From Octopus bimaculoides (lineage: Eukaryota), in contig NC_068984.1 in assembly GCF_001194135.2 (NCBI RefSeq), positions 47,386,729-47,448,070 of the forward strand: a stretch of 61,342 nucleotides of DNA, given 5' to 3'. A model generated the notes under the pieces. The model did no database searches. It worked only from the letters and a program-made list of their open reading frames with translations, and was not told where the DNA came from. Shown piece by piece: positions 52,330 to 61,342 of the stretch. A program made the position numbers and the translations under genes. Positions within the stretch are counted from its first letter, which is position 1; every line of letters starts with the position of its first letter.

Positions 52330-52540
52330 CAAGGCGGCGAGCTGGCAGAATCGTTAGCACGCCGGGCGAAATCCATAGCAGTATTTCGTCTGTCGCTGTC
52401 TTCTAAGTTCAAATTCTATCGAGGTCGACTTTGCCTTTCATTCTTTTGGGGTCGATAAATTAAGTACCAGTCGAACACTGGTTCGATGTAAACGACTAGT
52501 CCCCTCCCCTAGTCCACTCTCTACCAGTTGAGTACTGGGG
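52330..52540 (+). mobile_element. SINE family B, full length (tRNA head, Meta-domain-like core)
   Basis: Preceded by (TTA)n; A-box tggcagaatcg, B-box aagttcaaattc, core gaggtcgactttgcctttcattcttttggggtcgataaattaagtaccag. Confidence 0.9.
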
Positions 52541-54312
52541 TCGAAATAACCAGACCTTTCTTTACAGCGGGCCGGATAACTGAGAAAATGTCGAGCGCAG
52601 GCTGCATAGCTACTTTGTTAAATACAATACAGTGAATACATAAAAATAAAGACAACCAACATATCTAATTAGCAAACTTTATCAAAGAAGGCGACGTTAG
52701 CATAAGATAATGTGGATCCTCGTTCACATATATGTGTCGTCGGCATTGTAATAACTTGTCGCCACTATTATGCTGTAGCGGTATTCCGGGTGTTACCTTT
52801 GACTCGTCTATCGTGCTATCGCTGACAGCTCCACAAGACAACGACCTTGTAAAGTCTACGTTGACGTTAACCTGAACTCATATATATCACGTAACTAATA
52901 CTAACTCCAGCTGAGAACTCTTACAACAATTGAAAATGTTTGCTCACAGACAGAAGTTGTTCCAAACACTGATGCCATACTAGAGGCAAATTTCTTCAAC
53001 CTTGAAAAGTCATCATCAGTAAGCAGTGATAAAATTCAACAGGTTTTCTTTCTCTGTGCTTCTCTTTCAACAAGTCATTTGCATGCAAATCAGTGAGCTC
53101 CAAATGTAGATCGACTGGCACGTCATCAAGGTAACAATCAAACGGATTCTGGCACAGAAGAATTTCACTCTCAATTCTGTCGAGATCTGAAAATCTTTCA
53201 AAAAAATGTTTATTTAAGTCAAGAATAATCTTCTTCGGAAAATGGAGGTTGATATCTGCGATTGCAGTGCGAAACTCTTCGAAACACTGAAAATGAGCGA
53301 AGTTTCCTTCTTCCAGTTGTACTTCAAAAAATGATAGCTTTCTCCAAAATCCTTTGATGATTTTGTAGAGATCACAGATAAGGCTATACTTTCCCTGAAG
53401 TTTCAAGTCCATTTCATTCATGTTGGATGTGATGTCAACAAAAAATGACAACTTTAACAGCCAGGTAGGATCTGACAGAAGTGGATCAGCTCTATCCTTT
53501 TCGGTGAGAAAATATCTATTTCTCTTCGGAGCTTATAAAAATGACACAGGACTTTACCGCAGCTGTGTCACCTTAATACTGTGTGATAAAGCAAGTCACA
53601 GAATTCAGAATCAATTTCTTCAAGAAAGACTTGGAACTGACGTTGATTAAGTACCTGAACTCGAATGACGTCCACTGCAGGAACGACTGGTTTCAGTATG
53701 AAAGAAATATTTAAGTTTTTCCCACAGAGTGCTTGCTGATGTATAATACAGTGTATAAACAGAACGTCCGGAAGTTGAAGATCTTCCTACTTCATCCTGA
53801 TCTGCCCTACTAGATCCTTCTTCAGGCCAGCCATGTTTTTTCCTCCATTAACTGTAACACGTTGGAGCTGATTCCACTGAGCGTTATAGCCTTGGAAAGT
53901 TTTCTACACTTCCATGAAAATGTTTTCTTCAGCTGTTGTTCCGTGCGTGCTGAGAACGCATGCCAACTCTTCTGTGATCTGAAAGTCCAAATCAACACTA
54001 CAAACGAACACGAGAAGTTGTGACGTACTCGAAAGATCAGGAAACTCACCCAGCGCCAAAGAATACCACAAGAGGTTCCTAGCTTCCTCATGTATCTGTA
54101 GCACTATGTTCTCTCCACATTCTTCTGTTCTCCGCAAAACTGAACCTGCTGAAAGCTGATACTTCCAAACAAATCGGCTTTCTCTTCCATCTTACACTCT
54201 TTGATGAAGTTCACGTCAGTAAACGGTTTTCCTTGCTGCAGGAATGAACTCTCATTGCAGGTACTTAAACAAAAGGTACAGTGCGGCGGCGGGCGTAGTT
54301 TGGTGACCCTTC
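52540..54312 (-). mobile_element. hAT (Charlie/SPIN-like) DNA transposon, internally deleted, with a disrupted transposase at about 52925-54245
   Basis: GKPFTD.NFIKECK, YSLALGEFPDLSSTSQLLVFV (catalytic D to G), VTVNGGKNMAG, FIHCIIHQQALCG, LLYHTVLR*HSCGKVL, LSFFVDIT..KLQGK, FGTTSVCEQTFS. Terminal motif gcgggcgtagtttggtgacccttc plus gtctatat at 54288-54320; gcgggccgga subterminal motif near 52566. Confidence 0.9.
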
Positions 54313-54320
54313 GTCTATAT

Positions 54321-54720
54321 AGGGCGGCGAGCTGGCAGAATCGTTAGCACGCCGGGCGAAATGCTTAGCGGTATTTCGTCTGCCGTAACGCCGAGGTCGA
54401 CTTTGCCTTTCATCCTTTCGGGGTCGATAAATTAAGTACCAGTTACGCACTGGGGTCAATGTAATCGACTTAATCCGTTCGTCTGTTCTTGTTTGTTCCC
54501 TCTATGTTTAGCCCCTTGTGAGCAATAACGAAATAGGTATTTCTTCTGCCGTTACGTTCTGAGTTCAAATTCCACCGAAGTTGACTTTGCCTTTCATCCT
54601 TTCGGTATCGATTAAATAAGTACCAATTACGCACTGGGATCGATGTAATCGACTTAATCCCTTTGTCTGTCCTTCTTTGTCTCCTCTATGTTTATCCCTC
54701 TGTGTGCAAAAAAACAAATA
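54321..54720 (+). mobile_element. SINE family B head-to-tail dimer
   Basis: Unit 1 (54321-54535) has the A-box but lacks the B-box; unit 2 (54536-54720) starts at ggtatttc and carries the B-box at 54561-73. Confidence 0.9.
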
Positions 54721-54725
54721 TATAT

Positions 54726-55190
54726 TAGTGGTTCACAAGCTTTACAAAAAAATTTACGTGCCGGTCCCCTTACACATTTTGCGATGATTCATGGTCCGCT
54801 ATAAAATGCAGGATAATTAACATAGAAAAAATGACAAGAAATCGTGTACCGTAATTTCCGGACCATGAACCGGGATGAGAATGGGTGTCTGGCAAAGGGC
54901 AAGGTCATGCAGGAACATGCACCGGTGAGAATAACGACAGCGAGAGACAAGCGAACGTGAGAATTGCAATAGTGGAATGGTGAATTATGTGAGCGTAGAA
55001 TGCCGACAGCACATGCACGATCAACCGTTATACCCGCATGTAGGAGAAGCGTGGGATTTTGAGGTCAACGACCAAAAAGGATGACAGCATGAAATTGAAA
55101 TTAACTGTCTCATGCCACCCGTTTTCACAATACTTCAGCGTCCTTTCGCGGTCCCCTAGAGGACCGTGGAACCCAGTTTGAGAACCACTG
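54726..55190. mobile_element. hAT-Charlie-type MITE
   Basis: TIRs tagtggttcacaagc / gtttgagaaccactg; right flank gtctagat fits the NTCTAGAN Charlie target preference. Confidence 0.75.
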
Positions 55191-55323
55191 GTCTAGATCA
55201 TTGACGCACTCCTTAAACCGGGCGAAACCTTACGTTGTTATTACATGATACTTCAGTAGACGCAAATGAAAGCATGTACAAACGGTAGTTAACTATGCTA
55301 CGGACCGGTGTTCTCTTGTTGAA

Positions 55324-55358
<35 letters not shown>

Positions 55359-56511
55359 GTGTGTGTAGTTGAGCATGTGTTTGAGGGTTCTTTGCCACTC
55401 TCTGTCGATTAAAGGCAACAGACACCAAGATAAGATCCTGTCTAATGATCTTATAGGGTCGCGTCAGACTTTCACTTTAATTATATTAAACGGAAATGAA
55501 AACAAGGATGCGTAACGTGACTTTTCAAAGGATATTAGGTACAGAGATTTAGAATTCGTAACAAGGAATCGACACAGATCATATATATCATAATCGGTAA
55601 TTTATCATACAGATAAAATCTTGTATGTATCCTCGACACATAGATGAAGCAAGACAATGTAGAAGTGGGGGTGGGGTCCATATAGGAAACAAAACAATAC
55701 ATGCAACAGACATGAACAGAAAACCAAACAGATATAAGTCTAATAGCTTATCCACTAGATCATTACATTTGTTATAGAAATACAACTAGTTAATTGCGTT
55801 TCTTTCTCTCCGTCTCTTTCTGTCACACACACACGTCTTGATTCTACGGTACTATCTTTACTCGTGGCATCCATCTAACCACCACCTCTGTTCCCTGTTT
55901 ATACTAACTTTTACTGATTCCATCCCTTTTTTGTGTACTACATTCGTTGCTATTAAGGAGTCTTATTAATTTCTCTCTTCCCTTCCTTGTTTCTTACCTT
56001 TCTTCTTTATCGTCAGCTGGTACACATATACTGCTTGTAGAAATGTACATTCAACAAGAGCAAAGAGTATATCTTAATTGTATATATATATATATATATA
56101 CCTATTCTATCACGTTTCATTTATACATGCATATATGTGTCTGTGTAAATAGGCACTTACACATGCGCACGCGGGTATATATTACGAATTATAACAAAAA
56201 ATAATATATAATGTATACACAGGCACGTGTGTGTGTATATATGTGAACGAGTATGTGTGAGTGTGTGTCTACACGCGGAAGAGAGAATATATGTGTTTTC
56301 ATAAAGATAAATATAAACAGAAGATAGATTTACATTTGCCTCGCCACTGCCAACAAACATCCCATTCACCTCCTTAAGATCATCTCTTTTCCTTCCTTTT
56401 CCATAATTTCTCTCTCTCCCACTTTCTTCTCTTTTTCTTTATCGCTTTAAAGTGTTTTCATGAATGGAATTTTCTTGTGGCAAACCACATTGGTATCTTT
56501 CTATTTTCATT

Positions 56512-56524
56512 CGTGTGTGTGTGT

Positions 56525-56589
<65 letters not shown>

Positions 56590-56637
56590 CGTGTCCGCAT
56601 GCGTGCGTGTGTGTGAAAGAGAGAGAGAGAGAGAGAG
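56512..56637. repeat. long (GT)/(GC) alternating tract followed by (GA)n
   Basis: About 100 bp of near-uninterrupted purine-pyrimidine alternation. Confidence 0.95.
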
Positions 56638-57308
56638 CTATGAATGAATGCGCAAGTATAGAAGCGTTTGTTTTGCGTTTGTATGAATATTATCATTGTA
56701 CACTCCTACATCATTTAACTAGTAGAATACCAACATGAAGAGGTTCTTGTTCAACCAAATCAACACTATTACTTATTTTCCTTCGATACTTATTTCAGCG
56801 ATCTATGCTTATCGATGTTTTGGTTAATTTTGGGTGTAAAGGAACGAAATGAAAAGTAAACATAGGGACATTGACGGAAACAGACAGAGGTATTATATAT
56901 AAGGAGCGTCTGCACAATTTTCGTCTACCGATTTTCAGCCACAAAGCACTGGTCAACAAGGGACACAGAGCAATTTGGTGAAAGCAAAGTATGGGAGGAG
57001 GATAAAATAGTATCGGTGGTTATAATGGCGACAGGAGCTGTGTGATGCTGAGGTGATGGTGGTAACAGTGGCGTTGCTGATAGTGTTAGTTGTGTGATGG
57101 TAGTATTGCAGTGGTTATACTGGTTGTGGTGGTGAAAGTGACTGTGAAGGTAACCGTCATGATAACATTGATGGCGGTGTATGTTGTTGAAGTAGAAGCA
57201 ATGACAATGCTGCTGATGATGCTGGTGGTTGTGAACAGCTTCAGATGATTCCTGTTTTTAAAGGTTTTTTTTTTTTTTAAATCATATGGCTGTGTTATTC
57301 TTTTTTTT

Positions 57309-57440
57309 TTAACCCCGCGAAGGAGGTTATGTTTTTGCAGGCGTTGGTTTGGGAAATTAGGCGATTTTCAGCATGCGTGTATATGGGTGGAAATGAGCTG
57401 CTTGGTGGAGGCCTGCGCTCTCCGGGTACTTTTCTAGTTT
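57309..57440 (+). mobile_element. Helentron-associated short element (HINE)
   Basis: T-run, aaccccgcgaaggaggtt (5' subTIR plus hairpin) ... cttggtggagg (3' subTIR), gcgctctccgggtac stem-loop, ttttctagttt; matches the CTCCGCCAAG...CTTGGCGGAG HINE architecture. Confidence 0.7.
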
Positions 57441-59397
57441 ATGCATGTTTTTCGTTCATATGTAGGCACGTCAAATGCAGTTTGATAAACGTTGTTTTAT
57501 CGTTAAAGTAAAATGAAAGTAAATAAATAAATAAGTTATGAGGCTGTAGATAAATAAACGTGAATACAAAAAAAAAACTTTAATGATAATAATAATAATA
57601 ATAATAATAATGATGATGGTAATGATAATAATAATGTCTAGCAATAAATTTGTAAACAGACAAAAAGAAAGAGTTTACGTGGAGAAATGAGTAGAACTAA
57701 TGGAACGTGACATATTTAGATTTAAACCCAGACATATTTTGTTAAAAATTAGGGTTCTGAAGTAATTTCAAGTATATCATTTCACATATTGAAATATGAT
57801 ACCAGGAGACATTCGCGTCTAGTATAGATAAAGGATGAAATACGTTAGCAGTTAAAAAAAAAAAAGCAAGATAGACCTCTGAAATTTGAAATATTTTGTA
57901 AAATATGGGTTCACAGTTAATGCGATGAGTATGATAAGTTTAATTAATCAAGACTATACCTATATTGAGTAAAGGCAAACAATTTTTTTTAAACACTGGT
58001 TCGAACAAAATAAGGGAGACAATAAGAAACCCAAAATAGTGTTGTTTTGAATTGGGTTCCGAAGTCCCAATTAATTAAAATGGAAATAAAGAAGTTGGTG
58101 AAAGCAACAATAATCATACAGAGACAACTCAAGATATATTTCGGTTATATTAGACTTGTCTTTCTTGAAGCAGCCAGATCGATGGAGAGAACGATGTACA
58201 AGGCTGTTAACAGACAAACTCCTTCGAACGTTTAACAAAATTTCTTACGGTACATATTTTGATTCTTTGCTTCCTGAGTTCAAATCTTGCCAAGATTAAT
58301 TTGCCTTTCATCCTTCTGGAATCAATAAACATAAATAAAGGATAAGGTATCTTGTGTGATATCTTGCATTATCTTTTCCGGATCTTCACCGTCTGAGTTC
58401 AAATCCAACCGATATCTACTAGAAAGGTAGACTTAACCAGTCAAACTTTGAGCATCATCTGGCACTTTGGATGCCTTTAGCGGAGTGCGCTCTCTTGGAA
58501 AGCTATCGCCCTAGGATTCTAATTGGTGATTACTTTTCCCATTCTAACTCACCAAATAGAACGTTTCTGTAAATAGTCACAAGCATTGCTTGCCTTCCCG
58601 ACTAAATGAACGATAAAAAATTTCACAATTGAAATCCCAAGGATAGTACATAGAAACAGATAACTGGTTTGCGGGAAAGAGTATTCAGCGTCCTAGATCT
58701 ATCCTACAATATGCATAGCTTCCTCTCACTAAAACTATCACATACGTCTTCAATATTTTCTACAATATTCTCCAGTCATCCATCCCTCGTCGAAAAATTA
58801 TAATTAATAACTTGCAAACAAGAAATGTATAGATTTACGATCAAGCGTGTTACTGAGCAAAATTTGAAACATTTCACACTAAACCATGTGGCAAGATATA
58901 ATTCCGCACAAGACTTTCAGCCAATATTTTCTATCATTGCTTGTTCCGGAAGTAACTTTACGCGCTCCTTTTTCTGAGTATCCGTTTCGTGTTTTTCGTA
59001 GGATTAAATAATTTTGCTTAAGTTACTTGTGGCACCATGCTACCCCAATTTTAGTGAACCTTGTGCTCAACTAGTTTGCTTATTACGTAGTGCGAGCTTG
59101 CCTGAGGGAATTTGTATATGAATGTAAGACAATGTAATCGATCTAGCCTGACTTTTGTGTTTCAGTGTTTGTCGCAAGACATCTCAATTCAATAAAACAC
59201 GATCAAAACAATTTCTATTAGAGATTCCAGAGCTAAACTTAAGTGAGAGTATGAAAATATGAAACGCGAATTGCTTAAATTAACTGAGATGAAAAGGTTT
59301 GGCTTTCCTTCACACGATATGATATTACTTGGATGGACATTTTATTATGTTTACAACGAAGATCATCTCCATTATACGAATATAATCAACTACTTAC

Positions 59398-59463
59398 CCA
59401 GAAATTACCAAGGCTGACAGCGGACCATTACACTTTCAAATATTGAGAATATCAGCGACTTAC
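59398..59463 (-). other. candidate 66-nt non-coding or recursive-splicing (RS) exon
   Basis: Branch-like CCTAAC (59516-11), AG-free T-rich tract, CAG acceptor (59466-64); exon begins GTAAGT and ends at TGG|GTAAGTA; stops in all three frames. Confidence 0.45.
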
Positions 59464-59917
59464 CTGAAACGAGATAGAAACAACAACAAAAAAAAATTAC
59501 AAATATTATTGTTAGGCCAAGCGAAAAATGAACAACTCCGGAATGTATCATACACCTAATAAAAAGAAACCTAGGTTTCCTACAAATATACACACGAGAG
59601 TGAAAGAGAGAGAAAGGGAAATGGAGAACGAGAGATACGTTATTTGATGTCGTAAAATGTAACTTGTTTTATCGTGACTTACCTTAAAACAGTGTCTAGA
59701 CGTCAACAGCATAGCCTTGCATTAAGTCACGCCAATGAAATCAATATACACGAAAAGCTACACACACACATATGTATATNNNNNNNNNNNNNNNNNNNNN
59801 NNNNNNNNNNNNNNNNNNNNNNNNNNNNNNNNNNNNNNNNNNNNNNNNNNNNNNNNNNNNNNNNNNNNNNNNNNNNNNNTATATGCATATCTTAACTATT
59901 AGTGACGAAGACCGAGT

Positions 59918-59928
59918 CCCCCGCCCCC
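59918..59928 (-). promoter_or_regulatory. GC-box-like motif upstream of the minus-strand splice cluster
   Basis: cccccgccccc (GGGGGCGGGGG on minus) in otherwise AT-rich DNA; a single motif, so weak evidence. Confidence 0.2.
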
Positions 59929-60747
59929 ATTTCCCCTACGATAACGATTTGTTTTATGATCTCTCATCCCGAAATTTAGATCAACGATAAAACTATCTTT
60001 GAATATTACATTATATATGACTTTCTTGTTTGTTTTTTTATTTGCCGTATATGTTACTTTGCCGAATACGTAGCATTGTACTTACGATGAACTATTATTA
60101 TATTCAATTACATAAGAATAAATATTTGTTTATCTCACTCTTTATTTTGGATGGGCTTAATGGCCTGACAGTCCTGCATAGTGTACTTCACTCAACAACT
60201 TGCTTGTTTACTTATTGCTCTTCTTTTTTATTCGCCCAGGTGGGGGTAAAAAAACACGTATGACTTCTGTAACTTATCTGGGAGTGTGAACTCTCACGTA
60301 TTCATGTTCTATCCTGAAACAAATGTTATCTCTAATCCATTTTTCTCTCCGAAACCGTAGTCAAGCACCTGTCTTCAAAGGCTTAAGATGTATTTAAATT
60401 CATATTTGTTCAAAGAACTAAGATAGCAGAGTCGACTAAGCTATCAGCGTAGGGGCAATGATGTGTATCCCGACAAAGAGATCATGTTTTTTCATGGCCA
60501 AGATACTCCACTTTGCACGGCTTAGTTCTATTCACTGTAAATAGGTACACTATAATAGATGCAATACATCGTATTCAACCACAATAGCTTTGTAAAATCG
60601 ACGATGGCTCCTTATCTAAATGTTCTGAGTTCAAATATATTAGTCCACATAGCTATTAAAAGAGATGAGCATTACCATTTTAATTCGCACCAGATTCATG
60701 ATTTTAACCTCCGTTAATGCCATTGTAATAAACCTTTTTTTTCTTAG

Positions 60748-60840
60748 AGAACAGACATCATTTCGAAGTGAAGCTTGCTCTCCAAGATGCTTCCGTTATT
60801 GCAACAAACTGGAAGAATACTTGGATAGATGCAGCAAAAA
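60748..60840 (+). other. candidate 93-nt internal coding exon of an unidentified gene
   Basis: ctttttttcttag acceptor, weak AA|gtaaaa donor; two open frames (EQTSFRSEACSPRCFRYCNKLEEYLDRCSK or NRHHFEVKLALQDASVIATNWKNTWIDAAK). No homolog recognised. Confidence 0.25.
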
Positions 60841-61342
60841 GTAAAATTGCAAAATAAATTGAACCAAACATTAGTTTTCCGTGTCTACATATTTAAAACA
60901 CGTTAGTCTGACTCATCAATTTTCTGTATCAAACACGCTCACACACTTGCATATAATGACAAATAATCATATCGAACTCGTCAAATGTTCGACGTGTAGA
61001 TCAAATTTAAAGAAGACAGGCTGAGTAAAATAGACGTTCATACCACTGTCAAGTACATTAATGACGTTTCTGAAGTTGAAATGTAACAGCTGATTATAAT
61101 CACGCGCACAACACGCATACATACAATGGCAGCAGATATACTCGAGGCACCATACAAATATGTTTAAATAAGCTCGTGTGTGTGTGGGGGGGGGTGAGTA
61201 CACGCGCATTTTTACGAATTTGCTCAAATGTTGATGTATCTATAAATAAAAGCCCGTGAAATATTAGTTGAAACTTCTGACGCGCACACAGGTTATTTAC
61301 CCGTATGTTAAGAGCCATGGTATATATATGTATATATATATA

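Noticed and set aside
55998-56030. 33-nt minus-strand exon candidate (GCAG|TATATG...AAAG|GTAAGA)
   Set aside because: Weak polypyrimidine tract and a competing AG 3 nt upstream; recheck only if the 59.4-kb transcript is confirmed.
4138-59990. Long ORFs in the supplied track containing X runs or YI/HT/CV/ER/SL repeats
   Set aside because: Artefacts of N-gaps and dinucleotide microsatellites; not genes.
1-61342. CRISPR arrays, prokaryotic operons, rRNA or true tRNA genes
   Set aside because: None present. The short tandem repeats have no unique spacers, and the tRNA-like A/B boxes belong to SINE heads without a cloverleaf.

Overview
AT-rich, microsatellite-dense animal genomic DNA with 11 assembly gaps (N-runs at 4207-4686, 5303-5312, 5628-6164, 12568-13465, 15185-15707, 22994-23093, 23804-24288, 25121-25459, 32150-32194, 51731-52260, 59780-59879). 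The SINE and LINE content looks like a coleoid cephalopod, most likely Octopus; this is my recognition, not a database result. No intact protein-coding gene is evident, so the window is intronic or intergenic. It is packed with transposons: two tRNA-derived SINE families (called A and B here, about 16 copies), R4/Dong-type REL-endonuclease retrotransposon fragments, a CR1-clade LINE, an RTE 3' end, two Charlie/SPIN-like hAT transposase remnants, mariner mini-elements, Helentron-like HINEs and a long-armed foldback element. Best leads: (1) a minus-strand recursive-splice-site (ratchet point) architecture at 59.4-59.7 kb; (2) a type-I hammerhead ribozyme motif at 6429-6476 with a partial second copy about 1.08 kb upstream; (3) (TAA)n microsatellites, one continuous with an RTE 3' tail, that act as serial landing pads for Dong-type elements and SINEs. 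Coordinates were counted by eye and element boundaries are approximate.
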